Shown here one piece after another: positions 27,273 to 36,190 of a stretch of DNA of 64,000 bases (positions within the stretch are counted from its first letter, which is position 1; every line of letters begins with the position of its first letter). The stretch spans positions 33,803 to 97,802 of the IMG/VR virus record IMGVR_UViG_3300032829_000004, one strand, 5' to 3'. The notes under the pieces are model-generated. The model made no database searches, was not told where the DNA came from, and worked only from the letters and a program-made list of their open reading frames with translations. This DNA is from a virus. A program made the position numbers and the translations under genes.

Positions 27273-28086
27273 CTGCCGTCACCTCCTCCGGCTGGTCGCA
27301 TACCTTGCAGCGGTGGGCGAAGTCCGCCGACTCGCGGCACCGGCCGATGCACGCCTCGCAGAACCGGCCGAACGGGCCTGCCTGCGGTACGGCGACCCGC
27401 TGTTTCCCGCAGGCCGCGCAGGCGGGCACGGGCGGGTGAAGCCGTTCCCAGCATCCGTCCGGGCACGGTTCGACCCGGCACAGCGGCTCGTGGCCGTAGC
27501 CGTCCAGGCCCCCGCCGCAGTTGCACCCGTCCGTGTCGACCAGGCCGTGCTCGCACCGGCCGCAGGTGACGGCGAGGGCGAGGACCGCCGCGGCGTTCAC
27601 CCGCGCGTCCTCCGCCCGGCCGGACGGCTTGCGGGCTTCCCCGTCCATCGCCTCCCGGCAGCGGGCGGCGACCGCCTCGAGCCGCGCCTCCTTCACGGCG
27701 AGATCTTCCCGCAGGCGCCCCGCCAGCAGCTCCAGCGCGTAGAGCTCCCCGCCGGACGGCTCCATCCCGGCAGGCGGGGCGGGCTCGTGCTCCGCCTCGA
27801 ACTCTCCCGCCTTCCACCGCCGGATGCCCAGGAGGCCCGGCACCCGGGCCGCCCAGTCACCCGGGGGCAGGAGAATGTGCTGCCCGTCAGACGCCCTGCG
27901 GACCCAGATCATGCCCTCGCGTTCCTCGCCGTGCAGGGCGGGAAGCGCCTCTTCCGGCTGCGCCCCCCACTCCGCCAGCAGTGCCCGGACTCCGGGGGTC
28001 CCGTCCCACCGGACCGCCTCAGTATCGGCGTCGCGGCGCCGGAACCGGGCGGCGCAGCAGGGGGATGTTTCAGTTTCCGCTGTCAT
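27262..28086 (-). CDS. Multi-domain Cys-rich hypothetical protein
   Basis: EAVRWDG domain, coiled coil, several CxxC. Confidence 0.55.
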   Translation of the reverse strand: MTAETETSPCCAARFRRRDADTEAVRWDGTPGVRALLAEWGAQPEEALPALHGEEREGMIWVRRASDGQHILLPPGDWAARVPGLLGIRRWKAGEFEAEHEPAPPAGMEPSGGELYALELLAGRLREDLAVKEARLEAVAARCREAMDGEARKPSGRAEDARVNAAAVLALAVTCGRCEHGLVDTDGCNCGGGLDGYGHEPLCRVEPCPDGCWERLHPPVPACAACGKQRVAVPQAGPFGRFCEACIGRCRESADFAHRCKVCDQPEEVTAGAR

Positions 28087-28378
28087 CGCTGCCTCTCGTG
28101 TAAGGGATCTCGTACAGGTGCCAGACCAGGCCGTCCGGCGTCCGCGGGCAGGTGCCGGCCCATTTCGCACCCTCAGGCAGAGGGTGGCCGGTGCCGAAGA
28201 CCTGGAAGGCGCGCGGCCGGGCCGGCTTCGCCTCGTCATGCTCGGCCCAGAACTCGACTCCCGTCCCGTCGCCGAGCGCGCCGGCGTGCACCGGGTCGCC
28301 GGCCAGGCCGACCGTGACCGGGCCGCCAAGGCCGACCTCGTACCGGAGCATGCGGCGCCGGGGCTCCCGGCCGGTCAC
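28070..28378 (-). CDS. Conserved-type phage hypothetical protein
   Basis: VEFWAE...FQVFGTGHPLP...GT...LVWHLYE. Confidence 0.65.
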   Translation of the reverse strand: MTGREPRRRMLRYEVGLGGPVTVGLAGDPVHAGALGDGTGVEFWAEHDEAKPARPRAFQVFGTGHPLPEGAKWAGTCPRTPDGLVWHLYEIPYTRGSDDSGN

Positions 28379-28755
28379 CGCCCGTCCTCCGTCCCGGCCG
28401 TCTCGAGCGGCCCGTCCGGTTCCATCGGAACGCCGGCGTCCGCGAGCACCCTGAGAGCGGCACGGCGAGCATCTGCGGCATTCTGGCCACCCCGGAGAAG
28501 CTCCCTGCGGACGCCCCGGACCAGGGCCTGGTAGCGCTCGAGCCCCGTGCTGACGGCGGCCAGTTCCGTGCGGACACGCTCGCGCGCCTTGGACGGGAGC
28601 GCATCGCCGAGGAATTCCGCGCGCTCCGGCGGCAGGCAGAACGACGTGACCTGCAAGCCGTAGTCCACCGTGATCCTGGCGGCATGCGGAGCGTGTCCCG
28701 GGATTTCGCAGATCGAGATGACGAGCTCGCCCAGTTTCGGCGTCGGGGCGGTCAT
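28375..28755 (-). CDS. Hypothetical protein
   Basis: Coupled ORF. Confidence 0.5.
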   Translation of the reverse strand: MTAPTPKLGELVISICEIPGHAPHAARITVDYGLQVTSFCLPPERAEFLGDALPSKARERVRTELAAVSTGLERYQALVRGVRRELLRGGQNAADARRAALRVLADAGVPMEPDGPLETAGTEDGR

Positions 28756-29804
28756 AGCGACGCCTCGCAGTCGTCGTAGTCGCCGTCCTCGGCGGCCATG
28801 TCACGGGCATGCTGCCTGGCTTCGCGGTCCTGCTCTGCGGCGACTCCAGCGGCATCGTCGCCGACATGCTCAGGGGACGGGCCGCCCATCCCGCCGGCGT
28901 GCGCCTGCAGGTCTGCGGCGCGCTGCCTGTCCTCGCGCCAGCGGCGGAACTCCGCCAGCTCCTCGTCGTCCCAGTCGCCCAGCAGGCCGCGCTCAGCCGG
29001 GGGCGGGGGGACGGTCACGGTCCACGGGCCGAACGTCACCGGCCGGCGCGCGACACCCCCGCCCACGATCCACTCGCGGTGCTCCTCCGCGTCGGCCTCG
29101 TCCTCGCTGGAATGCCAGCCCGCGCACTCGTCCGGGCTCTCCCCGCCCCAGAACACGACCCACTCGGTAAGGGACGGCACGGGCTGCGGTTCCGGCTGCC
29201 ACATGTTGCCGTCCCGGTCACGATGGGTCTCGTGCGCGCGGATCACGCGGCAGCGCATGCCCCACGGGCTGACCTCATCGCACGGCGGTACCGTGGCCAG
29301 CGTGGCGTCCAGTTCACCGGGCCTCATCTCGTCGCTCGCAAGGTCCAGCTCGGGCGCGGGCTGCGGCTCCGGGTGGTGCGTGGTGTCGGTGCACTGCTCG
29401 TTGCAGACTGGCCACAGCGCTTCGACCATGGTGGCTGCGCATCCGGTGGCGTACGCGGCCTCAGGGTGGCCGCTGTCATCTTGCTGGCTGCTGATGCGCC
29501 GCAGGGTGATGACAAGCTGCGTGTTCAGCCTGAGCAGCTCGCGAAGCTGACTTAGCTCGTCGCCGGGCGCGGACTGCGGCTGCTGAGCAGCGTCCTCTGC
29601 CGCCTGGTGGAGCGCGGCCTCGGCGTAGTCGCGGCGCAGCGCGGCCTCTGGCGGCAGCGGCTTGGCCTGGTCGCCGAACGGGAGCGGGTCGGCGAGTCGT
29701 TCCAGTGCGCTGACCGTGCCCGCGAGTGCGCCCTGCCGCGCCGCTGCGGCCCGGAGCGCCTCGCGCACCTCGTACGCCGCCTGTCCCGGCGTCCCGGCGG
29801 TCAC
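28752..29804 (-). CDS. Mosaic hypothetical protein
   Basis: Segments joined by QQPQ/PEPQP linkers. Confidence 0.55.
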   Translation of the reverse strand: MTAGTPGQAAYEVREALRAAAARQGALAGTVSALERLADPLPFGDQAKPLPPEAALRRDYAEAALHQAAEDAAQQPQSAPGDELSQLRELLRLNTQLVITLRRISSQQDDSGHPEAAYATGCAATMVEALWPVCNEQCTDTTHHPEPQPAPELDLASDEMRPGELDATLATVPPCDEVSPWGMRCRVIRAHETHRDRDGNMWQPEPQPVPSLTEWVVFWGGESPDECAGWHSSEDEADAEEHREWIVGGGVARRPVTFGPWTVTVPPPPAERGLLGDWDDEELAEFRRWREDRQRAADLQAHAGGMGGPSPEHVGDDAAGVAAEQDREARQHARDMAAEDGDYDDCEASL

Positions 29805-30190
29805 AGGTCGTCCTCGGTGTACGACCGGTACGGCTGCCCGTCGGGGTCGCAGACGCCGAGCGCTCCGGCGCGGTCGCGCCATTCCTGCTCGTCGGCGGTG
29901 TCGGGGAACGACTGGAGCATGTCGCGGACAAGGTCGTTGAGGCCGTCGATGTTGGCGAGCATGGCGTCTTCCAGGCTCGTCGTCGGCCGTCCCGCCCCGG
30001 CGGGCTCGCGCTGCGGCTGCTGCGCGACGACGGCGGCACGGAGTGCCGCAACAGCGATCTGCGTGGGACTCTCACGCAGGATCATGTGAGTGCCGATAGC
30101 TTCGGCCACCGCAGCGACTACCTCGGCCGAAGGCTCGTCCGCCTGTCCCGGCGCGGCGGCGGTCGGCGTTCCGGGGCTGGTCTCGCTCAC
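29801..30190 (-). CDS. Hypothetical protein
   Basis: GTGA coupling. Confidence 0.5.
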   Translation of the reverse strand: MSETSPGTPTAAAPGQADEPSAEVVAAVAEAIGTHMILRESPTQIAVAALRAAVVAQQPQREPAGAGRPTTSLEDAMLANIDGLNDLVRDMLQSFPDTADEQEWRDRAGALGVCDPDGQPYRSYTEDDL

Positions 30191-30579
30191 AGGTCGCCTC
30201 GCTCGGTGTCCGGGATGGCGTTGCCGGTGTCGTCGTCCAGTTCCTCGGCGGGCGCGAACGGGTCTGGGCCGGACGCGAGCGCGCCAGGCGACAGGGCACC
30301 GCCACCCGGCGCCGGCCGCCTGCGGCTTGCGAGCGCGCGCCGCACCGCCTCGGCATAGGCGTCGGCAGGCTCCCAGGTGACGGTTTCGGTCTGCTCGATC
30401 ACGTGGTGCGCGCCGGGGTAGTCGATCTCGCTGCGGTTCGTGAACACCGCCCGGTGCCACGTGCCCGGCTTGCCGTCCTGTGGCTCGTCATGGCCGCGTT
30501 CCTGCGAGCACCACAGGTCGACCGCGCCGTACTTGACCGCCCGGCATGTCTCAGTGACCGGGGTTCTTCTCTCAGTCAT
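30187..30579 (-). CDS. Hypothetical protein
   Basis: C...C...H...H motif. Confidence 0.5.
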   Translation of the reverse strand: MTERRTPVTETCRAVKYGAVDLWCSQERGHDEPQDGKPGTWHRAVFTNRSEIDYPGAHHVIEQTETVTWEPADAYAEAVRRALASRRRPAPGGGALSPGALASGPDPFAPAEELDDDTGNAIPDTERGDL

Positions 30580-30620
30580 CAGGGTTTTTCTCCCAGTTCG
30601 TCTCTGATGGGTGCAGGGTC

Positions 30621-30654
30621 CTCCCCGTCCCTGCCGGGGAGCAGGGACGGGGAG
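30621..30654. terminator. Perfect 14-bp intergenic hairpin
   Basis: CTCCCCGTCCCTGC-cgggga-GCAGGGACGGGGAG; no clear U tract. Confidence 0.4.
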
Positions 30655-30674
30655 AGACTGATGGGGCTCTCCGG

Positions 30675-31025
30675 CTACTTGTCGTCGTCCCACGCCTGCA
30701 TGGCGGCGCGGACCTGGTCTGCAAGTTCCCGGCCCTGGGATGACTTCAGCCGGGCGCACAGGACGGGGCACGCCTGCACCTCGGTGTCCTTCCCGGCGTA
30801 AAACAGGGTTCTCACCAGGGCCGTGGCGAGCGCCCCCTCGGCTTTGCGGGAGTCTTCCTGGATGCCGTTCCCGGCGGCGACGGCGGCGTCCAGTTCCGCC
30901 TGCACTTGCGCGCGGGACATCGCAGGAGGGTTGAGGCAGTGCCGGTCCCACGGGCAGGTCGCGCAGATGAGCGCCGGCGCGGTGCCGGCGGCGAGCGCCT
31001 CGGACACCTGGCGGTAGTCGGTCAT
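30675..31025 (-). CDS. Hypothetical zinc-binding protein
   Basis: CATCPWDRHC...CP. Confidence 0.6.
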   Translation of the reverse strand: MTDYRQVSEALAAGTAPALICATCPWDRHCLNPPAMSRAQVQAELDAAVAAGNGIQEDSRKAEGALATALVRTLFYAGKDTEVQACPVLCARLKSSQGRELADQVRAAMQAWDDDK

Positions 31026-31336
31026 TCAGGGTTCCTTTCGTTCGTGTCCGGGAGCACTGGCTGCCCTCCGGTAGTCCTGGCCCTGGCCGTGATCTCCGCC
31101 TTGACCGCTAGGTACTCGGCGCTTCCCGGCTTCCCCGCGTCGGGCACCCTGGCATCGCTGCCGCGTGCCTGCCTCCAGTCCGGTGACGGGCGTGCCATTG
31201 TCGGCCTCCACCCGCGACCGCGCAGGGCGGCGATGAACTCGGCGGCGAAAGGCTCATCGTCCGCGTCACCCTTATTGCGGAGACGGTGCACGAGAGCGTC
31301 GATCGCGGCGCGGGTCTCGGCGTCGGGGTCGGTCAA
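31022..31336 (-). CDS. Hypothetical protein
   Basis: GGAGG SD with TTG. Confidence 0.5.
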   Translation of the reverse strand: MTDPDAETRAAIDALVHRLRNKGDADDEPFAAEFIAALRGRGWRPTMARPSPDWRQARGSDARVPDAGKPGSAEYLAVKAEITARARTTGGQPVLPDTNERNPE

Positions 31337-31884
31337 GACGCCTCCCCGGTGAGAGTCATCTGAGACAGGCGGCGTCCGGTGCGTTCCCAGCGCGCGAACG
31401 TGCCGTCCAGGCCGCACCCGGCGAGGATCCGCGCGTCGTCCTCGCCGTAGGCGACAAGCACCGACGGAGCACCGGAGTTGCCCGCCGAGGCACTGCCGTC
31501 AGGCCGGCAGAACCGGATCCGCCCGTTCAGGAACAGCGCTCCTGAAGCCGCCCCCCACACCGTCTCCGCGAACCACGACGTTTCGGTGCGGGCGAACACG
31601 AGGGCGGTGCCCCGGCCGTGAGCGGCGAGCCGGCCCAGCCACCGGCCCGTCGCGGGGCCGTAGGGCGGGTTCAGCCACACGCGATCGTGCGGCGGCCACT
31701 CGGCGGCCAGCCCGTCGTCAGGCCGGCCGATGTGCCGGGCGGCGGTCGGCCACGGGCGCGGTTCCGGGGCCGCGCACGGATCCAGGCCGAACGGTCCCAG
31801 CGCGTCAAGGATCCACGGCGGGGTCAGCCACGTGTCGGTCAGCATCCGGGCCGAGTGATGCGCCCCCATCGCCCCGGCGGTCAC
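31333..31884 (-). CDS. Phage DNA N6-adenine methyltransferase (Dam-like)
   Basis: WLTPP, LDPCA, VWLNPPYG, LVFARTET.WF. Confidence 0.85.
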   Translation of the reverse strand: MTAGAMGAHHSARMLTDTWLTPPWILDALGPFGLDPCAAPEPRPWPTAARHIGRPDDGLAAEWPPHDRVWLNPPYGPATGRWLGRLAAHGRGTALVFARTETSWFAETVWGAASGALFLNGRIRFCRPDGSASAGNSGAPSVLVAYGEDDARILAGCGLDGTFARWERTGRRLSQMTLTGEAS

Positions 31885-32099
31885 CGGGATTCCCCGTCGT
31901 CAGCCCACGCGACCAGGACCGCCCCGAGTTCCCTTGCCAGTTCCCGGTTCAGGGCCGGGTGCCCCCCGTTGAGTCCCGTCTGCGGGGTGCGGGTCAGGAT
32001 CACCAGGAGACCGGAAGGGGCCTCCACGGCAGTCACCTCACGGCCTAGAGCATCGGTCAGGGTGGCGATCTCGGCAGGGGGACGGATGTCAGCGGGCAT
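31881..32099 (-). CDS. Hypothetical protein
   Basis: GGAGG SD. Confidence 0.5.
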   Translation of the reverse strand: MPADIRPPAEIATLTDALGREVTAVEAPSGLLVILTRTPQTGLNGGHPALNRELARELGAVLVAWADDGESR

Positions 32100-32400
32100 T
32101 CGCGGTCCTCCCGTCGCGCTTCTCGCCCTGGTCGCAGGTTCCGGGGTGCCCGCGGTACAAGACGCATCCGGGCATGAGGCAGTCCGCCAGCCAGTCGATG
32201 CGCCTTGCTTCGCCCCAGCGGAGCCACGCGGTTCCCGGCTCGTCGGCCAGCGATGCCTGCCAGCTGGCGCAGTCGCCCTCGTGGCGGCTTTCGAGCCTGC
32301 ACTCGGCCGTGGCGGTAATCCCCTCGAAGCGGATTCCCAGGCCTATGTCGGCGGCGCGGACGATCCGGCCGAGTTCGGCGTCGGTCAGTTCCGTGGTCAT
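32089..32400 (-). CDS. Hypothetical Cys/His protein
   Basis: Repeated CxLxxxHxGxC. Confidence 0.5.
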   Translation of the reverse strand: MTTELTDAELGRIVRAADIGLGIRFEGITATAECRLESRHEGDCASWQASLADEPGTAWLRWGEARRIDWLADCLMPGCVLYRGHPGTCDQGEKRDGRTANAR

Positions 32401-32408
32401 GCCGCAGT

Positions 32409-32708
32409 TCACGCGTACCTCCGGCGGGTCTCGGGACGGTCCTGCCGCCTTCGGTCGGCGATGGGGATGACCTCGGCAAGCGGGCAGGCGTGGGGCGAGT
32501 ACAGCTCGTCGTCGAAGGCGAGCTGCGTTCCGGCGGGAACCGGGGCGCACCAGGGCAGGCGGTTTCCGTCGAGCGTGACCGTGAACGACCCGCCGGGCGT
32601 GCCGTTGAGGGCGATCACGTTCATGTCGTCATCCCAGGCGAAGTACGCCGGGTGCCCGCATTCGGGGCACGGCGCTTCGCCGAGAACAGGAACGTCGATG
32701 CTGGTCAT
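32409..32708 (-). CDS. Hypothetical zinc-binding protein
   Basis: CPECG...H.CP. Confidence 0.55.
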   Translation of the reverse strand: MTSIDVPVLGEAPCPECGHPAYFAWDDDMNVIALNGTPGGSFTVTLDGNRLPWCAPVPAGTQLAFDDELYSPHACPLAEVIPIADRRRQDRPETRRRYA

Positions 32709-33793
32709 GACACCTTTTCCCAGGCCGGGGCTTGTCCGGAGCAGTTCGGGCACCGCTTGATCAGGGGCTTGCCGTTCACGGTGACCTCGACCGTGCGGTC
32801 GATCTCGTCGCATTCGCCGCACCATTCCGGCCGTCCCGTCTTCGGGGGCGGTGCCGGCCGTTTCGGGAGCCAGCGGGCAACGGGGTCGCGTTCGTCCGCG
32901 ATCGCTTTGAGCACGTAGCCGAGCGGGTGCGGAACGGGCGGCCGGGCCTTGCGGAGCACCTCGGCCGCGAGGGCGCCGGCGGTCGCGTCGTCAATCTCGA
33001 TCCGGGTCGCGGCGGCGAAGGCGGCGATCACCTGAAGCCGGAACTCCGCGCTTCCTGGCTGCGGGTCGTCCTCGCGCGCGCCCGCGTTGACAACCCTTGA
33101 CTGACTGACTTGATCTCGCGCGGACTGATTAGAGTCAAGATCAAAATCACGCGCGCGCGCACGCGAGGGCCGTTGCGTAACGCGTTGCGTTCGCTGTTCG
33201 TAACGCGTTACGTTCGCGTCGCTGACCTGCTGTTTCTTGCCGCCGGTGCGCTTTTCTCGCGTTACGGTCACCGGTTCCGCGACCGGTTCGGGTGTTGCGT
33301 GACCTGCGGGCAACGCGTTACGGATCGCCTCCGCCTGCTCCGCTTTCCGCCGGTCCCTGAGTCGCTGCGACCGTTCCCTGCCGGACTCGCGGACCTTCGC
33401 CTTCTTCGCCTCGACCTCGTCGGCGTTGACCACCGTGAGGCCGCGCCCGGGAATGATCTGCATCCCGTCCTTCTTGCCGCGCCTGACGATCCCGGCCGCG
33501 ATGAGCGGTCCCATGTCCCTGTCAGCGTCGTCGGTGAACTCGGCGAGCATCGTGGACGGCACGAATCCCGAACGGGACTTGCGTGCGGACCAGGCGCCGG
33601 CTTGCGTCACGAACGAAACCGAGAGGTGGGGGATGGCGTACTCGCGGACGGTCTCGTCAAAGCCGTCTTCGACAATCAGGGGCATTAGCGTCGCCTCGGC
33701 TCGAGGTGACGGCGGGAAGCTTGCAACGGGGTACTCCGGCCGGAAGCGGGGGGTTAACGGCAGCGGGAAGCGGGGAGACCGCCAGTCCGTCAC
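32705..33793 (-). CDS. Putative replication initiator protein
   Basis: N-terminal AGAWSA...GFVP domain, charged helix RERSQRLRDR, internal DNA repeats, C-terminal WCGEC...RCPNC; alternative start 33685. Confidence 0.65.
   Translation of the reverse strand: MTDWRSPRFPLPLTPRFRPEYPVASFPPSPRAEATLMPLIVEDGFDETVREYAIPHLSVSFVTQAGAWSARKSRSGFVPSTMLAEFTDDADRDMGPLIAAGIVRRGKKDGMQIIPGRGLTVVNADEVEAKKAKVRESGRERSQRLRDRRKAEQAEAIRNALPAGHATPEPVAEPVTVTREKRTGGKKQQVSDANVTRYEQRTQRVTQRPSRARARDFDLDSNQSARDQVSQSRVVNAGAREDDPQPGSAEFRLQVIAAFAAATRIEIDDATAGALAAEVLRKARPPVPHPLGYVLKAIADERDPVARWLPKRPAPPPKTGRPEWCGECDEIDRTVEVTVNGKPLIKRCPNCSGQAPAWEKVS
33095..33325. repeat. Iteron-like repeats and adjacent AT-richer tract (putative origin)
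   Basis: (T/C)AACGCGTT(A/G)CG at about 33175, 33199 and 33310, half-site at 33258; CTGACTGACT...TCAAGATCAAAATCA. Confidence 0.55.
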
Positions 33794-33999
33794 GGGGCAC
33801 CCCCTCCCGACATGGGGGTCCAGTCACCGGGAAGGCCGAGCAGGCGTGCCGGCCGCCAGGGGCCGGGATTCACCTGGCAGACAACCGGGGGGAAGTCGAT
33901 GAGCGTGCCGTCAGGGGTGACGGTCACGCGGAAGAAGCCCAGTCGGGCCACGAGCGCGGCGAGCCGGGCGCACAGCAGCCTTGCCGCGCGGGCGATCAT
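33790..33999 (-). CDS. Small hypothetical protein
   Basis: Coupled at both ends. Confidence 0.45.
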   Translation of the reverse strand: MIARAARLLCARLAALVARLGFFRVTVTPDGTLIDFPPVVCQVNPGPWRPARLLGLPGDWTPMSGGGAP

Positions 34000-34574
34000 C
34001 CGCCGCCCCCGGCACCGGCGTAGCAGGCGTCCGTGAACGCCTCGTCGCGGGGCAGTGCCCGGAACGGCCACGAGGCGGCGAGCGCCGCCGGCCAGAACGT
34101 CATCCCGCCCGCGTGGAAAGGCTCACGGCGGGCGAACCGGCCCCGGCCGTGCCTCTCCGCCTGTCCGCCCCGGTACGCCTCGAAGGCGCGGGCGTCCAGG
34201 TCGATCACGTAACCCCACCTGGCCTGCGGATGGCGCGGCCAGTCGGCGGCGTCCGCGACCGCTCCCGCCTCCAGGATCAGGGCGGGATTCCCCATCGTGC
34301 CGCGCAGCAGCGCATACCAGCTCGCCGGGTCCCCGCCGCGCGGTTCGGCGTACCGGGCGAGTCGCACGGCGTCAGCCGGGTCCGGGCGGCTCTCCGGGTC
34401 GACCGTCCGCAGTGCCCGCGCCCGCGCCTCCACGATCCCGGCCTGGTTCACCGCCGCGTCACGAACCCAGCGGAGCACGGTCACGCCGAGATGCTCCGGG
34501 TAGGCGGCGGCGTGGACGTAGGAAGTCTTCTCCCGGCCGTCGATGACGAAGGCGATGAAGCCGCGCGTTCCCAT
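33996..34574 (-). CDS. Hypothetical phage protein
   Basis: MGTRGFIAF...YVH...YPEHLG...WGYVIDLD. Confidence 0.65.
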   Translation of the reverse strand: MGTRGFIAFVIDGREKTSYVHAAAYPEHLGVTVLRWVRDAAVNQAGIVEARARALRTVDPESRPDPADAVRLARYAEPRGGDPASWYALLRGTMGNPALILEAGAVADAADWPRHPQARWGYVIDLDARAFEAYRGGQAERHGRGRFARREPFHAGGMTFWPAALAASWPFRALPRDEAFTDACYAGAGGGG

Positions 34575-34578
34575 GCGG

Positions 34579-35136
34579 TCACTGACCTGCCTCGAGCCGG
34601 GCGAGCCGGGCGCGCAGCTCGGCGACTTCCTCGGCCGTCCGCTTGCGGTCCTCGGCCTGGCTGTCGGCGATCTCCCGGACGGTTTCCTCGAGCCGGGCCT
34701 GCTTGCCCTCGAACCGCTTGTTGAAGTCCATCTGGAGCACGAAGGCGTGACCGATGGTTTCCAGCGCGGCGCGGACCTGCGGCTCTACGCCGTTGAGGTC
34801 TACGTTGACGGCCTTGGAGTGGCCCCGTGCCAGCGACCGGCCGGCTTTCTTCTGGTGACGGCGGGCAAGCTCGATGTTCGTCCGGGCTTCCACGGGCCGG
34901 TAGCCTTCGCCGCGCACCACGTCGATCGCCCGCTTGTCCTTTTCCTCGTGTTCTTTGGCCGCGCGGATGACAGCCTGCCGGATGGCCATGCGGTGCTTCT
35001 CGGCGTCAAGCCCGAGCGCATCCGCTAGCTGCTGGTAGGTGATGACCGTCCCGGTCGGCGTCTTCCTGATCAGCTCGTAGACGGTCTTCCAGCGTGCTTT
35101 CGCGCCGACCGGCTCGAACGGCTGCCGTTCTCCCAT
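34579..35136 (-). CDS. Winged-helix-like plus coiled-coil protein directly after the pentamer array
   Basis: GAAAGGGA SD; GTVITYQQLADALG...VRGEGYR; C-terminal heptads. Confidence 0.7.
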   Translation of the reverse strand: MGERQPFEPVGAKARWKTVYELIRKTPTGTVITYQQLADALGLDAEKHRMAIRQAVIRAAKEHEEKDKRAIDVVRGEGYRPVEARTNIELARRHQKKAGRSLARGHSKAVNVDLNGVEPQVRAALETIGHAFVLQMDFNKRFEGKQARLEETVREIADSQAEDRKRTAEEVAELRARLARLEAGQ

Positions 35137-35161
35137 CGCGTTCCCTTTCCGTGTTGCTTCC

Positions 35162-35598
35162 CTGCCTAGCCACGCCTCGCCTTGCCGGGCCGTGCGTCGG
35201 CCCGCGATGCCAAGCCACGTTTGTCCAGCGCGGGCGTGCCGGGAGTCGAACCCGGCCGGAGACCATCCGCCCTGAAAAACCCCTGCCTTGCCCGGCCAGG
35301 ACTCGCCTAGCCGCGCCTCGCCGAGCCCCGCCGGACCCAGCCATGCGCGGGCGTCAGGGACTCGAACCCTGATGTCTGCCGGTCGCCCTTCCCTGCCTTG
35401 CCTGGCCTGGCCCAGCCATGCCGCGCCGCGCGCTGCCATGCCCTGCGGTGTCACGGTTCGTCCCGCGCGGGTGCCGGGGGCTTGAACCCCGGAGCCTGCC
35501 GGCCACCCTTTGAAACCCTTGCCGCGCCAGGCCTGGACAGGCCATGACTAGCCGCGCCCGGTCAGGCCGCGCCTTGCGTTGCCGTGCCAGGACAAGCT
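35162..35598 (-). ncRNA. Downstream GGC-NN pentamer array (4 tracts, 3 tRNA-like hairpins), putative guide RNAs
   Basis: Tracts of 16, 15, 13 and 14 pentamers; hairpins at 35469-35508, 35349-35388, 35232-35272. Confidence 0.8.
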
Positions 35599-36170
35599 CA
35601 GATCTTCTGGACCGTGGCCGTGAACCGGCCGTACCTCGGCCGCCAGTCCCCGATGCCGATGAGCTGCCCGGCCACTTCGGCGATCTGCCGCAGCTCGTCA
35701 AGGTCCATCACGTTCTCGTCGAGAATCCCGTCGGCGGCGGTCTTCCACGTGCGGAAGATCGGGCGGCACCGGGTGACCCGCTGCATGCCGACCTTCGCCG
35801 ATGAGAAGTGCCGGAAGTTCTCGTCGGCCCACAGCGCCTCGGCCTCGCGAGGGCCGGAGTAGGCGATCGGGTTGACGTTGGTGGCGATCAGCACGCCTTC
35901 CTTGACGCGCGGCCCTTTCTTGTGCTTCTTCGCCGCGTCGTACAGGCACCGCCAGATGTTGTCGGCAGGGATGTAGGGGCCGATCTCGGGGTCGTGGTAC
36001 AGGCCGCCGGTCCACTCGACGCGGGCCAGCTGCTCGTAGTCGTCATCGGTCTTGTTCCGCTTGCTGGTCAGCTTCTTGACGGCCTTCGCGGCCGGGTCCA
36101 GCGGGTTGGACAGGCGCGCGTTGTGCATGAGAAGCGCGTCCGTGCCGGTAAGAGTGATCCTGAAGTCCAC
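35598..36170 (-). CDS. Stand-alone RAMP/Cas7-like RNA-binding protein (Vipr-like), 190 aa
   Basis: AGGAG SD with GTG; N-terminal strand FRITLTGTDALLMH, PYIPADNIWRCL, RCRPIF..W, C-terminal Gly loop GIGDWRPRYGRF. Confidence 0.75.
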   Translation of the reverse strand: MDFRITLTGTDALLMHNARLSNPLDPAAKAVKKLTSKRNKTDDDYEQLARVEWTGGLYHDPEIGPYIPADNIWRCLYDAAKKHKKGPRVKEGVLIATNVNPIAYSGPREAEALWADENFRHFSSAKVGMQRVTRCRPIFRTWKTAADGILDENVMDLDELRQIAEVAGQLIGIGDWRPRYGRFTATVQKI

Positions 36171-36190
36171 TGTTCTCCTTTGAGTTGTCC

